Assembly: GCA_024704765.1 (NCBI GenBank)
Contig: JAKMXF010000323.1
Coordinates: 1-64,000 of the forward strand
DNA length: 64,000 nucleotides
Direction of reading: 5' to 3'
Source of the DNA: Oopsacas minuta
Taxonomy: Eukaryota; Animalia; Porifera
The translations under genes were made by a program, and so were the position numbers. The number at the start of each line of letters is the position of its first letter. The stretch's first letter is position 1. Positions 23,924-36,290 of the stretch are shown here, one piece after another. Below the pieces are notes generated by a model. It was not told the DNA's origin. It saw only the letters and a program-made list of their open reading frames with translations, and made no database searches.

Positions 23924-26447
23924 CAGAGCTGCAAATGGGTCACTGACCCATGGGTCAATGGGTCAGATGGGTCACTTTTTTAAGATGGGTCAGTGGGTCA
24001 TGGGTCATGCGTTAATGGGTCATGACCCATCAAAATTTTATTTATATACAATGTAGGCTAAAAGAGTTATTTGTCAATTAGAAAACCTTCTAAATAGAGT
24101 TAATAGAGGTGGTCATTATACTAAATGTTTGGAATACTACAAGTGAGAGTCATATTTATGTCTTCAGGTATAGTAACTGCAATCATCAATTAAGTTTTCG
24201 TGTCTTAATCTTATCGGCAAACCTACTATGTACAATATTACCGGAATCTTAGGATTGCAATTCAAATAGACAGAAATCTTCAAGTATAAATATATATATC
24301 TAGACTGACATTTTTCATTTATATATTCCTCTGAGATCTTCTTACTGTCGTAAATGTCTAACAACTGTGAAGATCTAAGGGCTGCTCTCCACCATGGTGA
24401 TATGTTCTTATGCAACAACGACGACCCCAAGTGCAAAGCAGATGTGTGGAAGAAATTCCGATTGATAAAAATCAAAGCAACTAATGAATTACTATTTGGT
24501 TGGTCAGCCTGTAAAGATTGCTTCGTATGTCTAAAATTCAAAGCAAAACAAACTGATGGCTCTGTTAGATTATACGGAACTAAAAATCTCGCGGACCATT
24601 GCAAAACCTGCTCCCTCAAAGGGGAAACTCAATCTTCGGTAGCAAGTTTTTTCAAGAAAACCCCAGGAAAGCACTTCACGAGAGAAGAAGGGAAGCGAGT
24701 GAAGGATGCGGAGGTCCGTATGGTTGTTCAAGGTGGTACTTCATTTATGTTTGTCGATAATCCCGGGTTGAGATTATTTGCTCAGAAAATGATCCAAATT
24801 GGAAGCATGTACGGAAATCTTGATGTTAATGACGTGCTTTTTGGTAGAGAAACGGTCAAAAAGTCTACATTTGAGAAAATGAATGAGTGTCAAGAGAAAA
24901 TCAAGAAATCAATTGTGGAATGTTCTTTGAACAAAATGGTGGCATTTACTACAGATTTGGCGACAGATAACATAAACCATAATTCTTATCTCGATTTTAC
25001 CGTGTTCTGGATAGATGGTTCGTGGACCCTGAATCATTCAATGTATCGATGTTCCTATTTTCCTGAAAAGCATACTGCCGTCAATATAGAGAAAGTGATT
25101 GATGAAAATCTGTCTGAACTAAATCTATCTCTTGTGGACACGCCATGTACTACTGATAAAGGATCAAATTTCATATGCGCTACTCTTGCTAAAACCCATG
25201 TTGATTGCGCATGTCATCGTATAAATACCGTAATTGACATTGCATGGAAACAAGCAATGGACTCAAATCCTGAGCTGAAGTTCCTTGATCAGTCTGCTCA
25301 TACTTTGGTTAAATTTGTTAATCAAGCGTGTGGAATTCAATCAGAACTTCCTACAACACTAAAACACGGAGGTGAAACACGCCCATGGAGGAGTTTATAT
25401 TCTATGTTTTTTTCTATTCTAGTGAGTAGGGAGACTTTAGTCATAGAACTTCGAAAACGAAAACGTGAGAATTTAATTTATCATTTCGATATCGATTTGT
25501 TAAGGGAAGTTGTTGAGTTTCTATCTGGTTTTTCTGATTTATTTGACTTGCTAGAATATGCCAATAAACCGACCCTTCAAAATGTCGTCCCAGTATACTA
25601 CACGCTGTACGAGCTTTGGCAAATAAAAGAAGAAGATTCTGAAATACAGCAAGTTCTGAAGGCAGAATTTCTTCCGGTATTGACAGAGAAGTTGTGGGAC
25701 AGTATTGGGATGCTTCATCTCAGTGCTACGTTTCTTGATCCATCGTTGAGATCATTTACGTTCGTAAGATCAAAAGTTGATCGGGAGGGTTTCTTTAGAC
25801 AGATCAAGGAATCTCTTCTTATTCTAGCAAAAGAGGTGGCTCAAACTAATGAATGTGTTAACATCGAGGATGTTGCCATTACCAACTTTGAGTTGGATCA
25901 ATCTAACCTTGATGTGCAACCTCAAAAGAAGGTTAAATATGATCCATTCAGTTGGTTTCAAATCAATGAGACCACGACACCAACAACAACAAATCAAATT
26001 ACAGACATTGATTTACAATTTAATGAAGAATTGCAAATGTACATTCAAGAAACGGTTCCGAAACGGGAGAATTTTAATCTCCTTGATTGGTGGAAGCAGA
26101 AAAAACTTAGGTTTCCATTATTATCGAAAATTGCCATGAGACTATTGGTAATTCAGGCATCCTCATCCGAAAGCGAGAGACACTTTAGTGCCTTTAATGC
26201 TCGGCATATTGCAACATCTCAAAGGAATGCAATGTTGCCAGAAACTATCGAAGCTGTCTCTGTTGTGTTGGAAGGATATAAAAACAACCTGATTTATTAA
26301 TGTGTTAGACTAAATACTTACATTATACTTGCTCCTAATAATGAAATACATAATGGGTCATGACCCATGGGTCAATGGGTCATGGGTCACTACTTCGATG
26401 GGTCACATGGGTCATGGGTCACTTCTTGTGACCCATTTGCAGCTCTG
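23924..26447 (+). mobile_element. Full-length, apparently autonomous hAT transposon (Hermes/Ac-like), 2524 bp
   Basis: Perfect 20-bp TIRs CAGAGCTGCAAATGGGTCAC. Perfect 8-bp TSD TATCCAAA (23916-23923, 26448-26455). ATGGGTCA subterminal repeats at both ends. Intact ORF. Confidence 0.97.
24354..26300 (+). CDS. hAT transposase, 648 aa, uninterrupted
   Basis: BED-like zinc finger (VWKKF...CKDC...LADHCKTC). Catalytic motifs FTTDLA, TTDKGSN and SSESERHFS, plus CACH and RPW. C-terminal dimerisation region LLDWWK...FPLLSKIA. Confidence 0.95.
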   Translation: MSNNCEDLRAALHHGDMFLCNNDDPKCKADVWKKFRLIKIKATNELLFGWSACKDCFVCLKFKAKQTDGSVRLYGTKNLADHCKTCSLKGETQSSVASFFKKTPGKHFTREEGKRVKDAEVRMVVQGGTSFMFVDNPGLRLFAQKMIQIGSMYGNLDVNDVLFGRETVKKSTFEKMNECQEKIKKSIVECSLNKMVAFTTDLATDNINHNSYLDFTVFWIDGSWTLNHSMYRCSYFPEKHTAVNIEKVIDENLSELNLSLVDTPCTTDKGSNFICATLAKTHVDCACHRINTVIDIAWKQAMDSNPELKFLDQSAHTLVKFVNQACGIQSELPTTLKHGGETRPWRSLYSMFFSILVSRETLVIELRKRKRENLIYHFDIDLLREVVEFLSGFSDLFDLLEYANKPTLQNVVPVYYTLYELWQIKEEDSEIQQVLKAEFLPVLTEKLWDSIGMLHLSATFLDPSLRSFTFVRSKVDREGFFRQIKESLLILAKEVAQTNECVNIEDVAITNFELDQSNLDVQPQKKVKYDPFSWFQINETTTPTTTNQITDIDLQFNEELQMYIQETVPKRENFNLLDWWKQKKLRFPLLSKIAMRLLVIQASSSESERHFSAFNARHIATSQRNAMLPETIEAVSVVLEGYKNNLIY

Positions 26448-26795
26448 TATCCAAATGATTTATCACATGATTACTCACAATTCACACCTTTGTGCAAATA
26501 TTTCAAATTAGGCTATAGATTTCGTTTCAAAAGTTAGAAATGTATCTATAGGATTTGATGATAGACCATGAAGTTCAGTAGGGGATTAAACTCGAGTTGT
26601 GGAGTAGATTTGATTTGGATTTTATTTAATGTTCGAGTTAAATACTTTGTAAATATTGGAGGCAGGTGTTCGTATATAATTAAAGAAATATCTGTGCAAT
26701 ACTGTAGATGATATCTATTATAACCAAGCTGTCAAGAACGTATTAAGTATAATACTTATTATACGTTATATTCGTAAGAATCAACTTATTATCAA

Positions 26796-27164
26796 CTTGG
26801 GGCATTCAAAAGTTCCCATCCTTAGTATATAGCAGCCAAATTCTCCTTGATTACATGAAATGGATAGTATACCCTAATGGTTTTATCGATTTCCTAATTA
26901 ATGCTGGTAGATAATTCACTCTAGCTATTATATATCTTGATCTATTCTATTTTCGAGAGCCAACTTTTCATGGCTTCAAAACACATATCAAGCAAAACCG
27001 AAAAACGAGATTGCATAAAGATTCGTACCGTACTCGGCAACAAACCACTCCAGATACATGAGGATCTCGACACCATTTATCATGGGAAGCTCTAGCGCAT
27101 CCCATTTATAGGATTGTGTACGTAAATTAAAGGCTGATAGGGGCAGCATTGAAGATGCCCATCG
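26796..27164 (+). mobile_element. Mariner copy B, 5' part (interrupted by Chapaev)
   Basis: TIR-like CTTGGGGCATTCAAAAGTTCC. Reverse complement of about 19213-19581. Confidence 0.88.
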
Positions 27165-29961
27165 CACGGGTCTCTCAGAAAATCATATTGATCAAAAAAA
27201 CGAGGTCCTTGAGATTCTTCATGATTCTTGTGTAGAATTTTGCGTAGAATCCGATTCTGTTGTCGAAAAAATATTCCCCACACAAATTTTTTGGTAAAAA
27301 AATAATTTTTTACAATTCGAATATTTTAGATTCTCATCATGACAGCGATGGCAGATGCATCACCATTGGCAATCAGATATTATTATGATATGCTTAGACA
27401 TTGTTGTTTACATTTGCATGCACTTAGAATTTTCAATAGTATTGCGGTTTTATTCTATTCTATTATGTCATTCATTTTTCTGTATGGTATCAGGTTCGAA
27501 TAGTTTAACAATAGTAACAATAGTTTGATTGCACGTCATTAATCACCTAATCGAGTCCTTTGAATACTTTTAAGTAGTTTCCATTCAGTGATAATTAGTA
27601 ATTAAAGGTGTTTAACGAATATCTGTTTGCATAGAAAAACTATTTAAAGAATGCTTGTACTCATTTTCTATATAATTTTTCTGATACATAATTGTTCTGA
27701 TATCTATTTCTACTGTTGGTATTTATGAGTAAGCACGAGTCTGCAAAAGACAAAATTTGTCGTTGGTGTTGTATTAAAGTTGGGAAGATAACTATTAAAA
27801 ACAATAGCCTTATTTCCACCCATTTGGGTGAGCAATATTCGAAGTTTTTGAGCCAATCGATCCGATGGACGATAATCGGCCAAATGTTTTGTGCAATACT
27901 TGCAAGCTCTATTTGGTTAATCGATCAATGCATGATGATACTTCAAGGGAAATTCCTGTTCGATTCAATTGGCCAATTATACGAAATACTCGCTTGAATA
28001 CGTGTAGTTCAGTCAATACCTGTGTAATGTGCATGGAAAGTTCGAGATTTGGACCTAGAAATCGTGCTTCTTTGCAAATTCTCCACGAAAAACCTGGACG
28101 TCCTGCGATCAACTCTCCCAAAAAGGTTTTTAACCTTTGTAGTAAGTGTTTAAACACAATAAGTCCCGGATTTCCGCATACTTGCTCAAAAACTTCTTTG
28201 GTAAATAATAGCCAATTTTTGTTAGCACGAAAACGTTCTATTGAACCTGTCGTATGTTCCGAAATCTACGAAAATTCCGCAGTGCAAGTGAGGACTCGCG
28301 TATAACGTTACCTAGACCATCGGGAGGCCATCCAATTCATATGCTTCCTGGTAATTTGGACCAGTTACCTCAACACAAAATGCCCAAAATGGATTTCTCT
28401 GACATCGCACAGATAAAATGCACTGGCGGAGCAATGAGTAATAAGCAACTAAAAGCTGTAACCAAAGTAATAAGGGATGCTGGCGTGGCCTGTCCATCAA
28501 TGAAGGACTATTACGACGAACGGAAACAATATTGTGATGATATATTCGAATGCGTCCAATTAGATCTGGAATGGAGCAAAGAGAAGTATTCCTCTGATAT
28601 CAGAAAGACTTGGGTTGTACGCTGTTGCAACATCGACAAACTGATAGAAAAAGTCTACAACATTAGCGGAGAATCTTCAGTTTACAGTTTCAATTTTAAG
28701 CTTGGCCTTGATTATGGTTGTGGGTTCACTAAGCTTGTCATGTGTCTACAACTGGAAAATTCTGTGCGAAATCTAATCTTCTTATGGGTATCAAGTGCTC
28801 CTGAAAATAATTACAATTTTTCTATAATACTGAATGCCCCGGAAATTCAAAAGTTTATTCATGAGTACAACGTATCTTTTACCTTTGATCTCAAAGCCGC
28901 TGCTCTCTGTCTGGGTATTATGCTTGGACGTTACCCATGCATTTGGTGTGTATGGGATGCTAAAAGTGGATTGGATCATGTCGAATTCAAATCAAGATCA
29001 TCAGCACATCATGCAAAGATGTACCAAAAATTGTGTGAAGAATATAACTCCGACTCAAAGAATCATGCGATTGACTGTGATGGTGTAGAAGATATGGAGG
29101 CTCTTGGTGTATGGATGGTTGACTACATGCAGATGTTCAATATTCCCGAGTTACATCTTTTGTTAGGGGTTGGTCAGAAGTTGTACAATGCGATCGTGGC
29201 TACAATGTCTGAAGAAGAGTTAGTTACACATGAATTATTACTGAAGCACAATAACATATCTCGAAGTTCTTACCATGGAGGCGCATTTGAAGGTAATGCA
29301 ATGCGGAAAATTACATTGATGGTTGAGCAGATTGGTTTTCCAATTAGCAACTCATCCAGCATTGCTTTAAAGCGATTTTCAGAGGTAGTGAGGACATGTT
29401 TTGGGCAAAAGATACAAGGTGATTACAAACTGGCGATATTTCAATTTGAAGAAGCATTCAAATTAACTGGGCTGAATTGTTCAACAAAAGTCCATAAAGT
29501 GTGCAGACATGTTATCCCATTTATCACCAAATTCCTTCCAGTTGGTATGGGATTAGGCGCCGTTTCAGAGCAGGCAGCTGAATCAGCTCATTCTCGATTC
29601 ATCAAAGTTTGGAGAAATTATCAATGTAGCGAGTCTCTAGAAAATTACGGCGAAAACCTACTAAATGCTGTCAAGGAAATTAATTTCGTTAATTTTATAA
29701 GTACTTAATTTATTCTATATGTGACTGATGGATGTATTATATTCAATGTATGAGTGATAACGATGATTCTAATATGATAAATTAGCAACCCGACAACATA
29801 TAAAAATGGGAACTAAAAAAATATAAAATAACTCAAAAATTTGTGTGAGAAATATTTTTTGGCAACAGAATCGGATTCTACGCAAAAATTCTACACAAGA
29901 ATCATGAAAAATCTCAAGGACCTCGTTTTTTCGATCAATATGATTTTCTGAGAGACCCGTG
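27165..29961 (+). mobile_element. Chapaev (CMC) DNA transposon, 2797 bp, nested in mariner copy B
   Basis: About 125-bp TIRs with CACGGG...CCCGTG ends. 4-bp TSD ATCG (27161-27164, 29962-29965), confirmed against the uninterrupted site GCCCATCGGACCGG in copy A. Confidence 0.92.
27725..29708 (+). pseudogene. Chapaev transposase with two frameshifts (about 27835 and 28260)
   Basis: Chapa-type zinc domain H-x7-CRWC...D...P...CNTC...CVMC, then CSKC...GFPHTC. Core motifs KLGLDYG, FTFDLKA, PCIWC, IPELHLLLG, KVH and SEQAAESAH. The last 484 aa are open. Confidence 0.88.
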
Positions 29962-30735
29962 ATCGGACCGGAAGACCAGTTTCTGCTACCCCCCCCTGAA
30001 ATTGCCTCTCAAATTCTGGAACTATTTGATATTGACCCCAATTAGAGCTTTGAAGCTTGCCCTAATCCTGGACATCCATCGGGAAGTGCTCATACAGTTA
30101 TACACGATTAACTCGACTATCGAAAGATTTCAGTGCGAGGATTTAAGGCCTTAAATCCTCATAAAGCTGCAAAAGGAGAAGAGGGTTTCATGCACTCAAA
30201 AATTGCTAAAAGAATATAGAGATTGTGATTCTCGAGGGTTATATGAAATCGTTACTGGTGACGAAACTTGGATTGGATTTTCTGAACCTCTGCGTAAGGA
30301 ACAAAGCAAATCTTGGCTCCCAAAGATTCTTCCCCTCAGAAAAGACACGTCCGGACTTTCGAGATGAAAAGGCTTTCTACAGCATATTTTTTGATGCGTA
30401 TGGGCCAGTGGCCCAAATACCTATGCCTAACAGAGAACGACTCAATGGAGAATTTCAAATTTCTCCACGATAATGCCAGATGTTATGTTTCCATTAGGTT
30501 AGGGAAGTCATTGTAGATATCGGGTTTTCAACGATTGCTCATCCTCCGTATTCCTCAGATCTATCACCTTGTGATTAAGAGCTATTTCCTGAGTTGAATA
30601 AGCATCTCGGAGGACGGCAATTTCATACACGACAAGAATTAGGAAACGGAATTTACCGATACCTCAATTCAGTGGAAGCAGAGACAAGTATAAAAACATT
30701 TTCGAAGTGGGTTGAAAGGCTACAACTATGCATAA
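29962..30735 (+). mobile_element. Mariner copy B, 3' part, no right TIR seen
   Basis: Continues the mariner in register after the Chapaev TSD: VTGDETW, LHDNAR, HPPYSSDLSPCD, KWVERLQLCI. Confidence 0.88.
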
Positions 30736-30902
30736 ATTTTATCCCAATATTATTGTTACACATAAATCTTCTAGTGCTGAAACTTATTTTTAATATTCTA
30801 TGTGGCTTCTTTCATATGTCAATTGTTCTATATTTAGTTTAATAAAATATCTCTTCTGAATTTATATTCAATTTGAAAATGTGTTCGCGAAAATGCAAAT
30901 GT

Positions 30903-32026
30903 CAGACTGATCTCGTAATTATTTTATGACTCTTCAGGTTTTGGATTTTACTCACAATAGATAACTTTATAACTTTTATAGTCGTGTTATGACTTGATTG
31001 TAGATAATATGGCTCAATAAAGCAAAAGATAAAAATAGAATACTTTGGAGCAGTGGATTATCTTCTGTTTCAAAAACCCCAAAGAAGTTGACGTTTCTCG
31101 GCTCACTGTATATCGAGTAAAGAAACGTTTCGAACTGAATTTACCGTTGAAACATGAGTAAGGCGGGGCAAAATTAGAACTATGAGAGGTAATAGTTGTT
31201 CTTGGTATGTTCAGCATGATAAGCCGAAATAAGTTCAGAGATATTTCATAAAAGAGGTTTGGAAGTATCAAAAAGTACTGTTCATCGGTGTTTGAAAGAC
31301 ATGGGTTATAATAAACCTGTTGCTAAGCGTGTCCTGTGCTATGTGAGAAAAATAGACTCTTTAAGATTGAATGGGCAAAGAAGAATATGAATAAACACTG
31401 GTATCGTGCTGTTTTCAGCAGCGAGGCCTCATTTTGGTACGAAATGGAAAGTTACGAGTATGGACAAAAGTAAAAACACATCCGTTATTCAAACAGTAAA
31501 ATATTCTCCCAACTCCATATCTGGCCCGCTTTCTCATAGATGGGGACTTTCCTTATTTACTCAGTACCTAACTGGAAATTTTTTCGTTGGAATTCTCAAG
31601 TGGTATCTACTCGATCAAGCAAGGGCAATCCATGGAGATAGTTGGATTTTCATTCAAGATAATGACTCCAAACACACATCTCGTGTTCGAAGACATGGAT
31701 GAGCCAAAATATGAGGAGAAATATACTGGATTGTCCAAGTCAAAGTCCAGATATGAATCTTATTGAAAAATTATTTGCCAGGTTGAAACAAAAGTTAGCT
31801 AGGAAGCGGTACGGACATTAGAGGAACTTAAGACAGAGCTATACAAACATTGGGAATCTATAACTCCAGACTTCGTAAGCCATATTACAAGTCAATGAAG
31901 CCAATGTGCAAGTTAGTGTATTACTAACTAGGTTACCACATCATTACTCACATATAAGTTATTATGTTGGACAAAGTAGTGATTGAATTAACCCGTGTAG
32001 TGTAACAATAATTATGGGACTATCTG
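30903..32026 (+). mobile_element. Decayed Tc1 (DD34E) element
   Basis: EVSKSTVHRCL, WYRAVFSSEASF, FIQDNDSKHTS, CPSQSPDMNLIE. The outer limits rest on a weak TIR match only. Confidence 0.75.
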
Positions 32027-33478
32027 TAGCTGTAGAGGGGGAGTATTTCGAACATTTTATGTAGACATTTTATTGGTAAGTTGTTGTAGTGTCTAGCAAT
32101 CAAACAAAGATGGGAATTTTTCATGCCCCAGGTATAATATCAAAGATTATTAATTTGTATTTTTATCGTTTCTAATCTGGAGTAGTTTTCCAACATACCT
32201 GCCTATTACAGGATCACATGACTTAACTTATATTCTATATTTTGCATGTGTGATTCATTACAACATAAATTGAAATCTATGATAATTTCAGAATATTTTT
32301 GCCTATACCATGAGGTACATCTATTTCTAGTCAGCTACTTTGCACTTCTTATTTTCGCTTAGTCCCGAAAATAATTGTAGTTTCTGTCCTCTTATTACGT
32401 TATTCATCGTCTGATCAATAACAAATGTGAAAGGTTATCTTATTTGATTGTTTATTGAAGCTTTGATATTCTGTTTACATTAATCTTATTCACGGTTGAC
32501 AGATGGATAGATTGCAAATTTCATTTTTCCTTTTTCATACAATGATTTCTTTCCCTGCCACTAACAAACAAACAGAGAAACAAATGGACAGACAGCCTTT
32601 GAGCTTTCTATAGTTTGACATGTACCTATTTACAATATTGAATTTACAATAATTTTAGTCTACTTAAAGTAAGCTTCTTAAAAGTGAAATATTCTATTTA
32701 GTAGATGTTGCTCTATTGATAGACGAAGAAGTTAACCAATATCTGTGTATCTAAGATGGTGACTTCATGATGAGATGCCATGTTTGCACTCACTTTTCAA
32801 CTTGAGATCGACATTATACTTACTGACTCTGAAAGATTTCATATCGAATTCCAACTCAAAAACGTCTTAGATGAAATTCAACCGGGAAACATGAAATTAT
32901 GCTTTTTAGAAAAATTTTTGGGGTTCCAATTTAGAAATTTCTTTTCGACTCTTTTCGTAAATAAAATTGTGACTTGCAAATATATACGCAAACGAGGAAA
33001 ACAATACATGTGCCTTAAAAATATCTGATAGAGTTATAATATAATAATTTCACCGTTGATTCTTCGTTTTCGTGTATATTTGTAAAGCAAATTTTATCTA
33101 TGGACATCTTCGAAAAATAGCCGAATTGGTACCCCGCTATTTTCTAACTCGCAATAGTTTCATGTTTTCCTCGTTGAATTTCAACTAAGACTTGTGTTGT
33201 GTTGACATTCGATATGTTATTTCGGAATGAATAAGTATATATAGTTGATTTCAAGTTGAATAGTTAGTGAATTATTTTGTCATGTCATCATGACGCCACC
33301 ATCTGATATATATATTTATATATATACGGTTTTCACTAAATAATTCGTCCATCAATAGTGTAACATCTAGTAGCAGACTTCAAGTAATTAGACACTTACT
33401 AAACAAAAGAATATTGTATTAAATCATTGTAAATAATTCCCTATCATGCTGTGCGCATAATATATACTATTTTGATAG

Positions 33479-34087
33479 GATGAATTCCCTGGACAACAGT
33501 TGGTTAGCTTTCACTCCCTCTCAAAGGGTTTTATGGGAGAATGTGGTTTCAGAGGTGGATATGCAGAATTGATTGGATTTGATGAGGACACAATATATCA
33601 AATAACTAAATTACTTTCTTCGATGCTATGCCCTAATATTGCTGGACAATTATTATTTGAATCATATGTTAATCCACCTATTATCGGTGACCCATCTTTC
33701 AAACTCTATTCTATTGAGAAAGATCAAATTTTGAGATCACTATCAAATAGAGCAAGTATGCTATACAAATCCATGCAGAATATCCCTAACATTTCAATCA
33801 ATCCAGTTCAAGGGGCAATGTATGCATTTCCTCGTATTTTTTTGCCTGAAAATGCTGTTTCTGCTTCTCTAAACCATTCTGATCCAATTTTGCGAATCCC
33901 TGATGTATATTATTGCATGAAATTACTTGAAGAAACTGGAATCGTTGCAGTTCCTGGTTCGGGATTTGGTCAAGTTGATGGTACTTGGCATTTTCGGACA
34001 ACCATACTACCACATGAAGATATTTTTGATGAGTTTTTATTACGATTTAGACAGTTCCATATTAGATTTCTTCAGGCCCATTCATGA
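33479..34087 (+). CDS. GPT: Alanine aminotransferase, exon 2 (202 codons plus stop)
   Basis: PLP-lysine motif SFHSLSKGFMGECGFRGGY, QGAMYAFP, VPGSGFGQVDGTWHFRTTILP; stop TGA at 34085-34087. Confidence 0.95.
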   Translation, partial: DEFPGQQLVSFHSLSKGFMGECGFRGGYAELIGFDEDTIYQITKLLSSMLCPNIAGQLLFESYVNPPIIGDPSFKLYSIEKDQILRSLSNRASMLYKSMQNIPNISINPVQGAMYAFPRIFLPENAVSASLNHSDPILRIPDVYYCMKLLEETGIVAVPGSGFGQVDGTWHFRTTILPHEDIFDEFLLRFRQFHIRFLQAHS

Positions 34088-34479
34088 ATTCACTCTATCT
34101 TTTGTTCACTCACCATAGTGTATCTTTTTTGTATAATTGTAATCATATGAATATTGAATATATACCGATATAATATTAGTGTTTTGTAAATACGTAATTT
34201 ACAGCTTTCTAGAGCTGTCCCTAGTGAGTACCGCTGTACTCAATATAAAATAATAGGCTTTCAAATTGCAATATATAATACTTTTTACTGAACTCTAAGA
34301 GTATCACTGGATCTTATATGAGTAATGAGTTCTGACTCAGAATCCTAGTTTCTACAATGATCATTTTATTTCACGATATCTTAATTGATCGAATTCTTTT
34401 TGTAAAGATACATTAATACTTTTATTTCGTATTGATGTATTTACAGTGCCTTTACTTAATGTAATCTGTCCATGTGAAA

Positions 34480-35329
34480 CCTAGGTACATTCGCTCATTG
34501 ACCCATTGACGACCTCAAATATGTCTTTATCCTTTTCAGTACTGAAAATGACCTCTGGCATTGTTCTGTACTAATTGAAATTGTAAGACATATTTGAATA
34601 GCATCTAATAACGTTGGAATGCATCCCCTAAAGGTATATGATTAAGGTTTAGTTCATCAATAATTTTCACATTTGATTCCTAATGTACACTATAAGGATT
34701 GATTCCATAAGTATGTAGGTGCTAGAGATTTCATTGTTCCAGTTCCAGAAAGTGCAAAGATCGCGGATCAAAATAAAGAATTGCCCGCATGATGGAAACA
34801 TTCTCCTCACTAAAACGGTGATTTAATTCACTACGAAATAATTCCAATATCGGAAAATAGAGACAAATTTTCTGTTGGAGACTGGTTGATAAATTCTCTG
34901 GTTCCTGTAGGGGCAATCATTGTGCTATCTTTACAGTGTTGTGGAAGTTGTCTTTTTCTGGTTAGATGAAAACCGGAAATATCGATACGATTGGATCTGG
35001 CCACATCCTCAATATAAGTAAATATATTTTCCTATTCTTTGTCGTACGAAATCATTCAAGGGTTGAAATAGTTGACGACCCCTATTTACTTGATCAGAAG
35101 GTATCAATCAATTAAGTGTGCCATAAAGAGTTAGTTGACAGCCGTTTTTGGAAACTGGGATATGTAGAAACGTAAGATAACAGTCAGAGTATCGAAACAT
35201 AACATAACAGTTTATTTAGAATAGAACTAACATATCTAAAGGAGCTAAAAATAGAATTTTAGATATTGTCCAGGCACAAAATTGTTTCCCGGGACGACGG
35301 TCAGTTGCCCCTGTGTAGCTACGCCACTA
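34480..35329 (-). mobile_element. Internally deleted ZMYM1-like hAT remnant
   Basis: YFPILELFRSELNHRFSEEN...YFDPRS and ICLTISISTEQCQRSFSVLKRIKTYLR. One TIR-like end, TAGTGGCGTAGCTACACAGGGG, at 35329. Confidence 0.72.
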
Positions 35330-36290
35330 TTATAGACATTTTATACCCAAGTTTCCAAGGCGCAGTGATCAATCCAGTACACTCTTGCCATTCCAAACAA
35401 GTCCTAAAGGTTATACAACTTTTGGAAAAGATTCAATAAAGTTGAAAAATAACTAATTGTATATATTTCTGGACAAATACATACGTAGTACTATGTTGGT
35501 ACATCATTTGTATAATGTCTCAATAGATCCGATAGTATTGATTTAATCCATTTCACTAACCGAACTAATTATTTTACTATTGGAACAGTGCTGTTTGAAA
35601 TAGCCCCAGGATATCATGGTATTATGTTCATTTCAAGATTGCTTCATAATCCCCGTAGATATATCAAAATGTATTATATGGGTATATGCTGTATGTGATC
35701 TGACCATAGCTTTGAAGGTTGCCAAGTTATCTGTGAATATTAGCAAAAATATGTCATCCATGGTCCCTACTATAACCATGGAACCCTCGAACTTTAGCCT
35801 GACAAATTTTCAATATTTTTGGTAGCAAGAACACAGTGTCATAAATTTTTGTTTATTTGGTTATTTCTGTTTTCAGACAATTCTAAGATCAGAAATTCGA
35901 TTCTGTCTGTGCTTTTATTGTATCATTAATAATGTTAGTGAAAATGTTGAAATTCGACTTATTGATTTTCGCTTCATATATACCCATTATACATTCGCAT
36001 GACAATATATTCATTGCAATAAGAGATAACTTATATATAGCTCAACTATACTATAGCTCAACTGGACTATAGTACATTCCTATTTTCTGTACTATACTAT
36101 AGTACAGTTTTAACTTTAAGACCAAGGCAACTAATTCAGGTTAAAGGATAATGTATTATCTTATCAAATTATCGGATTATTTATTTTTCTTTGTTCTTCA
36201 GGTCCAAAATTAATTTGATGTATATTTCTTCTTTTAACCCAGCGGTGGCTATGTTGTTCCATTAGGACCCCCTGTCACGAAATTTACCCA

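Larger units (their letters stand above)
11192..33478 (+). other. 22,287-bp phase-0 GT-AG intron of the ALT gene, filled with transposons
   Basis: GT at 11192 and acceptor TTTTGATAG at 33470-33478. Joining gives in-frame KVLLDNK-DEFPGQQLVSFHSLSKG, collinear with ALT sequences. Confidence 0.85.

Noticed and set aside
24155-24173. TCTTCAG|GTATAG as a recursive splice site in the giant intron
   Set aside because: It lies inside a young hAT, has a weak pyrimidine tract, and such AG|GT motifs occur by chance. There is no support without RNA data.
24164-24619. 151-aa minus-strand ORF and other short ORFs overlapping transposases
   Set aside because: These are antisense or alternative-frame shadows of the transposase coding sequences.
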